From an uncultured Chlamydiae bacterium (GTDB lineage Bacteria; Chlamydiota; Chlamydiia; Chlamydiales; CACLRR01), in assembly GCA_902609415.1 (NCBI GenBank), contig CACLRR010000003.1, forward strand, positions 23,229 through 87,228: a stretch of DNA of 64,000 nt, in the 5' to 3' direction. Shown in pieces: positions 25,904-36,061 of the stretch. The translations under genes and the position numbers were made by a program. Position 1 is the stretch's first letter, and each line of letters opens with the position of its first letter. A model generated the notes under the pieces. The model did not search any database, had not been told where the DNA came from, and saw nothing but the letters and a program-made list of their open reading frames with translations.

Positions 25904-26823
25904 GTTTGGAATAGAGCCTCTATATAATCATTAAGATTAAAGGGTATAAGGTCTTCTTCTTGTTCACCAATGCCAATATATTCAATAGGGATTTTAAATT
26001 CATTATATATTGGGATAAGCGCACCACCTTTGGCTGAGCCATCTAGCTTGGTGATAATAATCTTATCAATGGGGGTGTAAGTATCGAAACTTTTGACTTG
26101 TTCTAGAGCATTTTGACCAATTGTTCCATCGAGCACCATATAGGTAGTAATAGAGCCTTGAGGATGTTTTCTTTTTCCAATGGAGTAGATTTTTTTTATC
26201 TCCTCCATTAGACTTTCTTTATTCTCGAGTCTACCAGCAGTATCACAGAGGACATAGTCATATCCTTCATTTTGTGCTTTGTCTATAGCATCAAAGAAAA
26301 GAGAGGAGGGGCGAATTTTAGAATTTTCAGTGCTCATAAGATCTACACCTACACGATCTGACCATTTTTTTAGTTGTGAAACAGCAGCAGCTCTATAGGT
26401 GTCACATGCTGCTAGTAAGACTTTATTACCCTTATCCTTTAGACGTTTGCTTAATTTAGCGCATGTTGTTGTTTTTCCTGAACCATTTACGCCTAGTATT
26501 AGATGTAGGTGAGGTGTTTTTGAATCTAGAGGAGGGGAGATTGTACGAGGCTTTTGTTCTAAGATGCTCTTAGTTAAGACTTTCATTTCTGAAATGAGAT
26601 CTGAAGCGGAAGCTTTTGGATGAAGCTTATAGTATTTATTGATTCTATTGATATAGAGATTAACACATGTAGATCCCATGTCAGCTTCATAGAGAAGCTC
26701 CTCTATCTCCTCAACAGTTTCATTATCAAGAGGTTTTGCAAAAAGGGATTTTAGCCTTTTTCCAAGACTTATAGAAAAGAGACTCTTCTTAATTTTCTTT
26801 ATAAAGGAAAACATAGTGTCCAT
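25900..26823 (-). CDS. ftsY: signal recognition particle receptor FtsY
   Basis: SRP GTPase motifs GVNGSGKTTTCAKL, DTAGRL and TKLDG. Confidence 0.9.
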   Translation of the reverse strand: MDTMFSFIKKIKKSLFSISLGKRLKSLFAKPLDNETVEEIEELLYEADMGSTCVNLYINRINKYYKLHPKASASDLISEMKVLTKSILEQKPRTISPPLDSKTPHLHLILGVNGSGKTTTCAKLSKRLKDKGNKVLLAACDTYRAAAVSQLKKWSDRVGVDLMSTENSKIRPSSLFFDAIDKAQNEGYDYVLCDTAGRLENKESLMEEIKKIYSIGKRKHPQGSITTYMVLDGTIGQNALEQVKSFDTYTPIDKIIITKLDGSAKGGALIPIYNEFKIPIEYIGIGEQEEDLIPFNLNDYIEALFQT

Positions 26824-26914
26824 AATGTATCATTTATTCGTCTTATAGACAATCTCTATTGATCTATAAGAGGCTTTTCGAGATATAGAAAATAAGACTT
26901 AGTGGGAGATTTTA

Positions 26915-28087
26915 GTGAATTTACATGAATATCAGGCAAAGGATCTTTTTTCTGAATATGGGATTAAAGTTACTAGCTTTAGGATACTTAAAGCCTCTGA
27001 TTTGTTGGAAAAAGATATAGATCTGCAGCTAGATGCTTTAGGTTGTGATGAAGTAGTGGTTAAGGCTCAAGTACATGCAGGGGGTAGAGGTAAAGGTGGA
27101 GGGGTAAAGCTTGCTCGAAATAGAGAAGAAGCAAAGAAGTGCATAAAGGAAATATTAGGAATGCAACTAGTTACACCACAGACAACTAAGGACGGGATCT
27201 TTGTTCATGAGGTTATGCTTACTCCTGCAGTTAATATTGAAAAGGAATATTATTTATCTCTACTTGTGGATAGAGATGAGGGAAAACCTGTAATCATGTG
27301 CTCCTCAGAAGGAGGAATGGAGATTGAAGAGGTTGCTGAAAAATCACCAGAAAAAATTTTGAAGGCATATTTTTCAGTAGATGGCAGTATTGATCGTTCT
27401 ACTGTGGAAAAAGTACTCGATTTTTTACAGTTTGATGGAAAAATAAGAAGCCAATTAGAAGATATGTTAGTAGCATTGGCGAAATTATTTGTAGATAAAG
27501 ATGCTTCTATTATTGAAATTAATCCACTTATCGAGACGAAAGAAGGAGACCTACTGGCACTTGATGCAAAGATTTCAATAGATAGTGATGCTCTTTTTAG
27601 ACAAAAAGAGCTAGCTGCACTAGAGGATATGACACAAATGCTTGCCGTTGAAGCACAGGCTATCAAATGGAATTTGGCATACCATAGTTTTGATGGTGAA
27701 ATTGGTTGTATGGTCAATGGAGCGGGCCTTGCAATGGCTACAATGGATATTATTAAGCATTACGGAGGAGAGCCTGCAAACTTTTTAGATGTTGGTGGTG
27801 GGGCAGATGAAGAGAAGGTAGTGGAAGGATTTAAATTGATCCTTACAGACCCTAAGGTGACTGCAATTTTAGTAAACATCTTTGGGGGTATAATGAAATG
27901 TGATGTGATAGCTAAAGGTTTAGTTGCTGCCGCTAAAAAGATTGATATTAAGGTTCCTATTGTAGTCCGTCTGGAGGGAACAAATGTTGAGCTTGGAAAG
28001 GAAATACTGGAGGCATCAGATATAACGATTATTTCTGCAGAAACGCTTGATGAAGCAGCTAAAAAGGTAACAGAGAGGTCTCAATGA
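26915..28087 (+). CDS. sucC: succinate--CoA ligase subunit beta
   Basis: The N-terminus (V)[11 protein letters not shown] is nearly identical to the SucC consensus. GTG start with GGGAG SD upstream. Confidence 0.95.
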   Translation: MNLHEYQAKDLFSEYGIKVTSFRILKASDLLEKDIDLQLDALGCDEVVVKAQVHAGGRGKGGGVKLARNREEAKKCIKEILGMQLVTPQTTKDGIFVHEVMLTPAVNIEKEYYLSLLVDRDEGKPVIMCSSEGGMEIEEVAEKSPEKILKAYFSVDGSIDRSTVEKVLDFLQFDGKIRSQLEDMLVALAKLFVDKDASIIEINPLIETKEGDLLALDAKISIDSDALFRQKELAALEDMTQMLAVEAQAIKWNLAYHSFDGEIGCMVNGAGLAMATMDIIKHYGGEPANFLDVGGGADEEKVVEGFKLILTDPKVTAILVNIFGGIMKCDVIAKGLVAAAKKIDIKVPIVVRLEGTNVELGKEILEASDITIISAETLDEAAKKVTERSQ

Positions 28088-28968
28088 GTATATTAGTAAA
28101 CAAGAATACTAAAGTTATTGTACAGGGAATAACAGGAGTAGCTGGAAAATTTCATGCGACACAGTGCATAGAATATGGGACTAAAATCATTGGGGGAGTT
28201 ACTCCTGGTAAAGGTGGAACTGAAGTACTAGGACTGCCTGTTTTCAACACTGTAAAAGAAGCTAATGAGTGTTCTAAAATTCAAGCTTCACTTATATTTG
28301 TGCCACCTCAGTATGCAATGGATGCAATTTTAGAGGCTGAGGAAGCTGGTATTCCTTTAATTATTTGTATTACTGAAGGTATACCAGTTCTTGATATGGT
28401 TAAAGTTAAGGATCGGATGAAAAGGAGTAGTTCCAGACTTATTGGTCCAAATTGCCCTGGAGTGATCACTCCGGGAGAGTGTAAAATTGGTATTATGCCA
28501 GGGTATATTCATCAGCGAGGTTCTGTAGGTATTATTTCTAAATCAGGAACGCTAACTTATGAGGCAGTCTTTCAGACGACAAAAGCGGGTCTTGGGCAAA
28601 GTAGCTGTATAGGTATAGGTGGAGACCCACTGAATGGAACAAATTTTATTGATTTACTTGAGCTCTTTGAAAATGATCCAGCTACTGAATCTATCTTGAT
28701 CTTAGGAGAGATTGGGGGGGATCTAGAAGAGAAGGCCGCGAAATGGATCGAAGAAAAGTGTACAAAACCGGTAGCTGCTTTCATTGCCGGAGTTACAGCT
28801 CCTCCAGGGAAAAGAATGGGGCATGCTGGTGCAATTATTAGTGGTGGAAAAGGTGGTGCTAAGGATAAAATAACGGCATTAGAAAATGCAGGTGTTACAA
28901 TAGCAGACACTCCCGGTCAGATGGCAGAGGCTGTATTAGGTGCGATAAAAATGCATACAAGGAAATAG
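28084..28968 (+). CDS. sucD: succinate--CoA ligase subunit alpha
   Basis: [15 protein letters not shown] and the phospho-His loop [16 protein letters not shown] overlap with sucC. Confidence 0.95.
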   Translation: MSILVNKNTKVIVQGITGVAGKFHATQCIEYGTKIIGGVTPGKGGTEVLGLPVFNTVKEANECSKIQASLIFVPPQYAMDAILEAEEAGIPLIICITEGIPVLDMVKVKDRMKRSSSRLIGPNCPGVITPGECKIGIMPGYIHQRGSVGIISKSGTLTYEAVFQTTKAGLGQSSCIGIGGDPLNGTNFIDLLELFENDPATESILILGEIGGDLEEKAAKWIEEKCTKPVAAFIAGVTAPPGKRMGHAGAIISGGKGGAKDKITALENAGVTIADTPGQMAEAVLGAIKMHTRK

Positions 28969-28977
28969 GAAGATAAG

Positions 28978-30093
28978 ATGCGTATACCCGTTAAGATTTA
29001 TCCAGGCTTTTTTGTCACATCTGCAATACTTGGTTTTTTAATTACAAACTATTCATTTATAGGCACACTGATAATGATGGGTGTTATTTTTATTTCCATC
29101 TTAGTTCATGAATATGGTCATGCCTTGTTTTCGCTTCTTTTTGGTCAAAACCCAAGGATTGAATTGATTGCTTTTGGAGGTGTAACAATTCCTAGTGGTA
29201 AATCACTAAAGCCATGGCAGGAATTTGTGATGATTTTGGCAGGTCCGTTGTTTGGTTTCCTTTTGTTTGTTGCTGCTTTGTTGTTATACCAGATGCCAAT
29301 TGAAAATGAACTAGTAAGAAAAATTCTTTTTTGGACCTATTCCCTGAATCTTTTTTGGACATTTATCAATTTGCTACCGATAATTCCATTAGATGGTGGT
29401 CAGTTAATAAGGGTGATTTTACAAAAGATCTTTGGCGTTAAAGGGTGGAAAATAGCACTGATTTTTTCTGCAAGCTTGAGCTTTCTGTTGGCTGCAACCC
29501 TTTTTCTTTATGGTCAATTTTTAGGTGGAGCTGTCTTTACTCTTTTTGCTTTCCAGAATATCGATTTTTTTAGAAGGATTCGTTATTATTCAGATTTGGA
29601 TCAGGACGAGGAATTAGCTAAAAACCTCGAGTCTATACATAAGATAAAAGATGAAAAAGAACTTAAAAGTAGCCTAACATCCTTATTGGATAGACTAAAT
29701 AAAAAGACTTCCACGCAAACAATAGCAAAAGTGAAAGCAATGGAAGCTATAGCTAAAATTGAGTTTAATAACAATCCTAAGGAAGCTTATAGATATTTTG
29801 AGATGGTGGAGGATTTGCGAAAGCTTTCTCCTGAAGGCCTTTATTTTTATTTTCTTTCAGCCTTCCAGTCACAGGATTATTTAAAGGTTATTTTGTTATC
29901 TAAGGACTCTCTTGAATTTACTCAGGATGTAAGAGTTTATGTCTATAGCGCAATTGCTTATCTTAATCAAGGAAAGCAAAAAGAGGCTGTGGAATGGATG
30001 TTAAGTTTAAAAGATATCGTCACTCATGAACATATGCAAGAAATCCTCCAAGAAGAAGCTTTTGCTTCAATTCGCACACTAGTTATAGAATAA
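28978..30093 (+). CDS. M50/site-2-protease-like membrane metalloprotease with C-terminal helical-repeat (TPR-like) domain
   Basis: HEYGHAL (HExxH) in a TM helix and the second motif NLLPIIPLDGG. The C-terminal ~170 aa are soluble and helical. Confidence 0.75.
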   Translation: MRIPVKIYPGFFVTSAILGFLITNYSFIGTLIMMGVIFISILVHEYGHALFSLLFGQNPRIELIAFGGVTIPSGKSLKPWQEFVMILAGPLFGFLLFVAALLLYQMPIENELVRKILFWTYSLNLFWTFINLLPIIPLDGGQLIRVILQKIFGVKGWKIALIFSASLSFLLAATLFLYGQFLGGAVFTLFAFQNIDFFRRIRYYSDLDQDEELAKNLESIHKIKDEKELKSSLTSLLDRLNKKTSTQTIAKVKAMEAIAKIEFNNNPKEAYRYFEMVEDLRKLSPEGLYFYFLSAFQSQDYLKVILLSKDSLEFTQDVRVYVYSAIAYLNQGKQKEAVEWMLSLKDIVTHEHMQEILQEEAFASIRTLVIE

Positions 30094-30160
30094 CTTGTGT
30101 AGAATTTGTTGATTCCTTAAGCTAGAGAAATCTTATATAAGATATTACTGGAGGTAACTT

Positions 30161-30433
30161 ATGAATAAACAAGAATTAATTGATGAACTTTCTGATACAA
30201 CAGGTTTTACAAAAGCAGACACACAGAAATTTGTAAATGCATATGTAGAAGCTATAACAGCACAACTTAGGAAAGGTAAGGATATACAAATCGTTGGATT
30301 TGGAACTTTTAAAGTCTCTTCTAGAAAAGAAAGGCAGGGAAGAAATCCTCAGACAGGTGCGATGCTAAAGATACCTGCAAAAACTGTACCAACATTTAAA
30401 GCTGGAAAAGCTCTTAAGGATGCAGTGAATTAA
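30161..30433 (+). CDS. hup: HU/IHF-family DNA-binding protein
   Basis: 90 aa, MNKQELIDELS..., with GFGTFKVSSRKERQGRNPQTG beta-arm motif. GGAGG SD upstream. Confidence 0.9.
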   Translation: MNKQELIDELSDTTGFTKADTQKFVNAYVEAITAQLRKGKDIQIVGFGTFKVSSRKERQGRNPQTGAMLKIPAKTVPTFKAGKALKDAVN

Positions 30434-30450
30434 GCCTTTTTTTGAGTAAT

Positions 30451-30486
30451 AAAAAGACCCATACTCCTAGGAGTATGGGTCTTTTT
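30451..30486. terminator. bidirectional rho-independent terminator between hup (+) and htrA (-)
   Basis: AAAAA-GACCCATACTCCTAGGAGTATGGGTC-TTTTT. The core is a perfect 26-nt palindrome flanked by A5 and T5 runs. Confidence 0.8.
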
Positions 30487-30502
30487 ATTGTCTATTCTTA
30501 GT

Positions 30503-32005
30503 TTATTTTTTCTCTGCATAGGGGTGTGGTATTGATTGGAATGTGGCTCTTCCTTGGTGGTTCATTAAGACGACAAGTCGACCATCCTTTTCAGAACTTT
30601 CAATTAACTCTTTTAAATGTTCTACTGATTCAATTTTAGTACCATTAATGACAAGGATGAGACTTCCTTCTTTCCAACCAAGCCTTGCAGCAGTAGAATT
30701 TGGTAGGATTTCTGTAATTACAACACCTTTTTCTGTTGAGCGGAGGCCATATTTATTGGCATTATCTGCCCTTACCTCGTCTACAGAAATTCCTAATTTA
30801 TCTAATACATTTCCAGAGGAAGATATCACACCTTTATTTTGGGAGCCGAGAGTGATTGTGATTTTTTTCTCCTTACCATCACGTATAATTTGAAGATTGC
30901 AGCTTTCTCCAGAAGGAAGCTTTGCGACTTGTGTTTGTAGGTGTGTAGCCCCATTGATAGGCATCTTATTAAAGGAGATGACAACATCACCAGGAAGAAT
31001 GCCTGCATGGGCTGCAGGAGAATTTTTAACAACATCTGTTATGATTGCTCCTGAGATGTTTTTGTCAATTTTAAACCCTTCTTTTAGATCATCAGAGAGA
31101 TCTTGAATTTGCACTCCTAAAAAGGCTCTATCAAAGGATCCTTTCTCTTTAATCTGCTCATAGATGATTTTACATATATTAGAAGGAACAGCAAAACCTA
31201 CGCCGATTGAGCCTCCACCTTTTGAAAGAATAGCAGTGTTAACACCAATTACTTTGCCTCGTAAGGAGAGAAGAGGACCTCCAGAATTCCCTGGATTAAT
31301 GGCGGTATCTGTCTGTATAAAATCTTCTAATTTTGAGATTTGTAGGTCTCCTCTATGTGTTGCCGAGATCACTCCAGCTGTCACTGAATGCCTTAGTTTA
31401 AATGGGTGACCAATGGCTACAGTCCACTGTCCTACTTCGATTTGATCAGAGTCCCCAAACTCTAGGGAGGGGAGATCTTCCGCCTCGATTTTTAATACAG
31501 CAAGATCTGAATGTGGATCATAGCCAACAAGCTCAGCTATATATTCTTGTTCGATTTTTCCATATCGCTCTACGATGATGGTGTTTCCATCCTTGATGAC
31601 GTGATAGTTTGTAATAATATAGCCTGCAGGGTCAACTATAAATCCTGATCCGTTACTGATTTGAGGTGGCGTTTCACGTGACCTGTGTCCTTGTGAGCCA
31701 AAGAACTGGTTAAATAGTTGTTCTTGAAATTGTTCGAAAGGGTTTAGCTGTGAAGATGGGTCTTTTAGATCCTTGTGTCCTTTGTACGATGATGGACCCG
31801 TTTCAACCCTAATATGAACAACAGCCTCTCTACAATGCTTAGCAACATTTACAAATCCTTGAGAGAAGTGATCAAGCATTTCATTATTTTTCATTTGTTC
31901 TTCATTTATACTAGGAGTGTCTGAGCTAAATAGTTTAGATTCAAGGGGCATCGAGAGTGTCAGTAACAGGCCTGCAGAAAGTGGCAACAATTTATTGAAA
32001 ATCAT
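30503..32005 (-). CDS. htrA: periplasmic serine endoprotease DegP/HtrA (two PDZ domains)
   Basis: Signal peptide, catalytic-triad context (TNYHV, DLAVLKI, GNSGGPL) and two PDZ-like C-terminal domains. Confidence 0.95.
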   Translation of the reverse strand: MIFNKLLPLSAGLLLTLSMPLESKLFSSDTPSINEEQMKNNEMLDHFSQGFVNVAKHCREAVVHIRVETGPSSYKGHKDLKDPSSQLNPFEQFQEQLFNQFFGSQGHRSRETPPQISNGSGFIVDPAGYIITNYHVIKDGNTIIVERYGKIEQEYIAELVGYDPHSDLAVLKIEAEDLPSLEFGDSDQIEVGQWTVAIGHPFKLRHSVTAGVISATHRGDLQISKLEDFIQTDTAINPGNSGGPLLSLRGKVIGVNTAILSKGGGSIGVGFAVPSNICKIIYEQIKEKGSFDRAFLGVQIQDLSDDLKEGFKIDKNISGAIITDVVKNSPAAHAGILPGDVVISFNKMPINGATHLQTQVAKLPSGESCNLQIIRDGKEKKITITLGSQNKGVISSSGNVLDKLGISVDEVRADNANKYGLRSTEKGVVITEILPNSTAARLGWKEGSLILVINGTKIESVEHLKELIESSEKDGRLVVLMNHQGRATFQSIPHPYAEKK

Positions 32006-32071
32006 ATAAAACTCCTTTTGAAAAATCTTTTGTTGTACACAATTTTAACAGAATAGAATTAACTTCTGTAG

Positions 32072-32107
32072 GAAATCTTTGTCATTTATATGAAATCTTT
32101 GTCATTT
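32072..32107. repeat. tandem direct duplication (16-nt core, 20-nt period) spanning the stop codon of the M16C protease gene
   Basis: gaaatctttgtcattt at 32072-32087 and again at 32092-32107. The stop codon (complement of 32082-32084) lies in the first listed copy. Confidence 0.7.
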
Positions 32108-34994
32108 TTGGTATTTGAGGGAGTAGATACTGTTTTATAGCACGTATAACATCCTCACTTGAAGCGTTTAGGATTCTCTCCCTATATTGTTTCTGGATCT
32201 TTGGGGAGAGACCAGTCTTTTTATTAATAAAGGTTTTAAAGGCACGCATGTGAATGGGTAAACGCTTTTCTTCTTTTTGCATCGCTTGGAGTTTGGCTTC
32301 AAAAAGATTCTTTTCATCAAATTCGTTGTTCACAATGACTTGCAGAGATTCTTCAAAGGCTTCAAATGTTCTTTGTGTATGTGGATCTCTGTAGCTGCTA
32401 AAGAAAAAAACACCACCAAGAGGCTTAAAGGAGCAATAGGCACCATAAGCGCCTCCTTTTTCTCTAATTGCTGTATGTAGGTTATTGCGTAAGATGTAGG
32501 ATGCTAGTAGAAGATAGGCGGCATCACTATTTGTAATGTCAATAGTCTTTATAGCACTTGCGTTATTGGCCATTTGAAGCTCTAGAGATTGATGAGGGGG
32601 AGAATTGAATGATAGATCTTGTGAAAATATAAATGGCTCCAGAGATGATACATCTTGAAACTTTAATAGATTAAGATTGTAGAGTTTATTCTTAATGATT
32701 TCTTGAGCCTCCTGTTTTTCACAGTTAAGAATAACTTCGGGTCTATAATTTAGGATAGTGTCTGCAAACGCTTTGAACTTTTCTTGTAACTCAGGTAGTT
32801 TGGTTTTAATATTTTCTGAGAGATGCTGGACAAATTGGTAGAAGGAATACCCATACATCTTCTCATGAAGAAGAGCTACTGGTGAAAGAGTTGCTGCAGA
32901 CTGGTATATAGCATATGCGTGAGCCTTGCTTTTTAGAGAGATCTCCATATTTTTTGCACTCTGACTTATAAGCTCTAAAAGACGTTCTTCATCTGAAAAG
33001 TCAACTCCACTAATCACTTTTTGTAGTATATCAAACATCTTGTTGCTGTTTTTAGAAAAGCATTTAGCTTGTAGAATGAAGAGGAACTGAGCACTTTTGG
33101 GATTTTCAAGGTTCTTATCTAGATGGAGAGAGGCATTAAGTGATCCAAGAAATTGTTCAACCTCTTTTAGGTGTTCGGTATAGGGTACATTTAGAGTCCC
33201 TACTTCTGTACAAAACATGGAAAATAGTCTAAGGTAGCCTAGGTCTTCTTGATCCATAGCTCCAATATTAAATACTACTTCAGCATAAACAATAGAGTTT
33301 GTAAAGCACTCATGATGGTATATAGTTAGAGAATCTTTATAAGTTGAAATATCGTACATGGTGATTTCTTTAGGAAGGTCTTTTTTCTCAAGGATGGGCA
33401 GTTTATCTATCGCAGCACTCTCATCTTCTTCCTGGTATTCTTTTAGTCGTTGGCTTTTCTTTTCAATGGCAGTGATCTCTTCATTTGAGAGTCTTTCTTC
33501 AATTCCAGTCAGATAGTTTTGGATTTCTTTTTCTTCTTTCTTTGCAAGTGATTTATCAGGGTTAAATTCGAGAGTAAGGGTGTGATTGTTGTTTAGAAGA
33601 TATTTTGTAATAAATTTGTTCAGGAATAGGGGATCTTTAGAACATTTTTCTTCAAGGAGCTGGTAGGTCTTTTCTGGATTAAGAGCGCCGACAAGAACGG
33701 ATTCTGCATTTTCTTTGGGTGTATGTAGAAAAATAGAGGAGCGAAAGAAAAGTTCGAGTGCATATTTTTCACCAGAACCTTCAATTTCAAGATCTACAAA
33801 TTTTTCTTGGTGGATAGCTGAATCGATTTCTTCTTTTGTAAAAGGTTTTTCTGATAATTCTATTAGTTTTTTATCGATCACTTTTTTGATTTTTTTGGCA
33901 CATCCCTTATTACATCCTTTAAAGAGAAGAGTGAAGGCTAATTCAGTGGAGGTATCATCAAGATAGGAATTGATCTCAATAAAAAGAGGAGTTCCATCTT
34001 CATTTTTTTCTTTGAGCATCTCTTGTTTGAATTTAGCTCCATCATGACCTGTTAGAATGGCATCAAGTACTCTAAGTGCTAATAAATCTAATAGATCAGC
34101 AGGCGATTCTATTGCTTTTGTAAGATAAGAGATTAAAACCATTGACGCTCTATCGATTGTTTGGTTAGGGTATGAGGCTTCCATGTATTTGGGTTTTTTA
34201 AAACGAGTGACTTCACCTAATGGAGGGATAGCTTCGAACTTTTTATTAGTATCTAAATGAGAAAAAAATGACCTGTTTAGGTGATGTAGGATTTCTTCTA
34301 TATTGTAATTGCCATAGAAGTAAAAAAGAGAATTTCTGGGATCATAGTATTGCGCATGGAAATTTCGAATGGCATCAGGAGTGATTTCTCGAATTTTTTC
34401 TGGATAACCACCAGAGACATAGCTTGAGCAATGATCTTGGAAGAATACTGCTGCATACTCACGCATTAGTTGTCTATAAGGGTTATCAAATGATCCTCGC
34501 ATTTCATTATAGACAACACCGCATTCTTTTATTTTTAGAGGGTCTTTATTTTCAAGCTCTAACCGATACCCCTCTTGAAAGATCGACTCATCTGTGAGCT
34601 GTGGATAGAAAACAGCATCTACATATAAATCAAGAAGGTTATAGTAGTCTTTTTTTACTCTTGAGGCTGCAGGGTAACTTGTCCAGGTAGTTGCAGTAAA
34701 TGCATTCATAAAGCTGTTTAATGAGCGTCTAATCATTGCAAAAAAGGGATCACGAACCTGATATTTTTTAGAACCACATAAGACTGTATGTTCTAGAATG
34801 TGCGCTAAGCCCTTACTGGAACATACATGCGTGTTAAGAGTAATGCTAAATAGATTGTCATCATCATTTTTTGTGTACAAATTGATGATCGGTATCTCAT
34901 AATCTTGACACTTGAAATATAGCAGTTTAAGTTGAAGATCGAGGTCTTGAATCTTTTGATCTAACTGCAAAGAGAAGTTTTTTGGTAGTTTCAT
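32082..34994 (-). CDS. M16C (PreP/pitrilysin-like) zinc metalloprotease
   Basis: Inverted zinc motif in the context GLAHILEHTVLCGS, essentially the PreP-family signature. About 970 aa. I chose the start at ATG 34994 (MKLPKNFS) because the track ORF start at 35087 overlaps nrdB by 86 nt. Confidence 0.85.
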   Translation of the reverse strand: MKLPKNFSLQLDQKIQDLDLQLKLLYFKCQDYEIPIINLYTKNDDDNLFSITLNTHVCSSKGLAHILEHTVLCGSKKYQVRDPFFAMIRRSLNSFMNAFTATTWTSYPAASRVKKDYYNLLDLYVDAVFYPQLTDESIFQEGYRLELENKDPLKIKECGVVYNEMRGSFDNPYRQLMREYAAVFFQDHCSSYVSGGYPEKIREITPDAIRNFHAQYYDPRNSLFYFYGNYNIEEILHHLNRSFFSHLDTNKKFEAIPPLGEVTRFKKPKYMEASYPNQTIDRASMVLISYLTKAIESPADLLDLLALRVLDAILTGHDGAKFKQEMLKEKNEDGTPLFIEINSYLDDTSTELAFTLLFKGCNKGCAKKIKKVIDKKLIELSEKPFTKEEIDSAIHQEKFVDLEIEGSGEKYALELFFRSSIFLHTPKENAESVLVGALNPEKTYQLLEEKCSKDPLFLNKFITKYLLNNNHTLTLEFNPDKSLAKKEEKEIQNYLTGIEERLSNEEITAIEKKSQRLKEYQEEDESAAIDKLPILEKKDLPKEITMYDISTYKDSLTIYHHECFTNSIVYAEVVFNIGAMDQEDLGYLRLFSMFCTEVGTLNVPYTEHLKEVEQFLGSLNASLHLDKNLENPKSAQFLFILQAKCFSKNSNKMFDILQKVISGVDFSDEERLLELISQSAKNMEISLKSKAHAYAIYQSAATLSPVALLHEKMYGYSFYQFVQHLSENIKTKLPELQEKFKAFADTILNYRPEVILNCEKQEAQEIIKNKLYNLNLLKFQDVSSLEPFIFSQDLSFNSPPHQSLELQMANNASAIKTIDITNSDAAYLLLASYILRNNLHTAIREKGGAYGAYCSFKPLGGVFFFSSYRDPHTQRTFEAFEESLQVIVNNEFDEKNLFEAKLQAMQKEEKRLPIHMRAFKTFINKKTGLSPKIQKQYRERILNASSEDVIRAIKQYLLPQIPKMTKISYK

Positions 34995-35001
34995 AAATTT
35001 A

Positions 35002-36042
35002 TTACCATTCCAGATTTCCTGATGATTGATATTCAGTGACTCTTGTTTCAAAGAAGTTTTTTTCTTTTTGCAGATCGATTGTTTCACTCATCCATGGAAA
35101 TGGGTTTGAGCCATGATAGCGTTTTGCAATGCCAATACGCTCTAGGCGTCTATCTGCAATATATCCCACATATTCATCAAACATAGGGGCAGTTAGCCCA
35201 AGAACACCATCAGGAAGACAGTCTTTTGCATATCTTGACTCTAGAACGACAGCTTCATCAATAAGCTTAACAATGTGCTCTTGAAAGGCTTCAGTCCAAA
35301 CTCCAGGATTTTCTTCTTTAATGGTATTAATAAGATCGACACCAAAATTTAGGTGTATTGTTTCATCCCTTAGAATGTATTGAAACTGTTCTCCTATACC
35401 TACCATTTTATTTTGCCGGTGTAGGGAAAGTATCATTACAAATCCACTATAGAAGAAGATTCCTTCCATAATAATGTAGTAGGCGATTAGATTTTCTAGA
35501 AATTTTTGGGTGTTTTCTATGGTATCTGTTTTAAAATCATTTTTAAGAATATCCTTAGTGATACGCATCTCAAAAGCATCTTTTTCACGAATTACATCGA
35601 TCTCATTGTACATGTTAAAGATTTCACCTGGATCTAGAGCTAGCGACTCAACAATATAATGGAATGTATGTGTGTGGATTGCTTCTTCGAAGGCCTGGCG
35701 AAGTAGGTATTGCCTTGCTTCTGGATTAGTAATATGTTTAAAGATTGCAAGCACGATGTTATTTCCAACTAGGCTTTCAGCTGTTGAAAAGAAACCTAGG
35801 TTTCTTTTTATAAGAAGAATTTCTCCTTCTGTCAGATCACCTGATTTCCACATTTCAATATCTTTTGTCATGGGCACTTCAGTAGGCATCCAGTGATTGG
35901 CGCATCCATTAATGTAGTGTTCCCAGGCCCATTTGTATTTTAGTGGCATCAGCTGATTAACATCGATCGTATTACAATTTATCATGCGTTTTTTTTCAGC
36001 ATCAATCCGTTTTGATTGGTTTTTCTCTAGTGTTTGTTCCAT
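35002..36042 (-). CDS. nrdB: ribonucleotide reductase small subunit, class Ic type (Phe at the radical-Tyr position)
   Basis: Metal-ligand motifs FFSTAESLV (Glu89) and [13 protein letters not shown] (Glu120, His123, Phe127). In E. coli R2 the equivalent is EAIHSRSYTHI, with Tyr122 at the Phe position. Confidence 0.95.
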   Translation of the reverse strand: MEQTLEKNQSKRIDAEKKRMINCNTIDVNQLMPLKYKWAWEHYINGCANHWMPTEVPMTKDIEMWKSGDLTEGEILLIKRNLGFFSTAESLVGNNIVLAIFKHITNPEARQYLLRQAFEEAIHTHTFHYIVESLALDPGEIFNMYNEIDVIREKDAFEMRITKDILKNDFKTDTIENTQKFLENLIAYYIIMEGIFFYSGFVMILSLHRQNKMVGIGEQFQYILRDETIHLNFGVDLINTIKEENPGVWTEAFQEHIVKLIDEAVVLESRYAKDCLPDGVLGLTAPMFDEYVGYIADRRLERIGIAKRYHGSNPFPWMSETIDLQKEKNFFETRVTEYQSSGNLEW

Positions 36043-36061
36043 AATTTACCTCGATGTTAAT

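Noticed and set aside
27250-28910. Long antisense ORFs inside sucC (27250-27717) and sucD (28572-28910)
   Set aside because: They are Ser/Ala/Pro-rich mirror-frame products opposite strongly conserved genes, a typical antisense artefact of codon bias. The same reasoning applies to 30543-31409 (htrA), 40429-40887 (rmuC), 42741-43184 and 43572-43937 (pepF), 37078-37762 and 38435-38674 (nrdA), and 563-790 (rsmI).
34995-35087. 31-codon N-terminal extension of the M16C protease ORF
   Set aside because: It would overlap the nrdB 3' end by 86 nt. The ATG at 34994 lies 7 nt after the nrdB stop and precedes the conserved protease N-terminal region.
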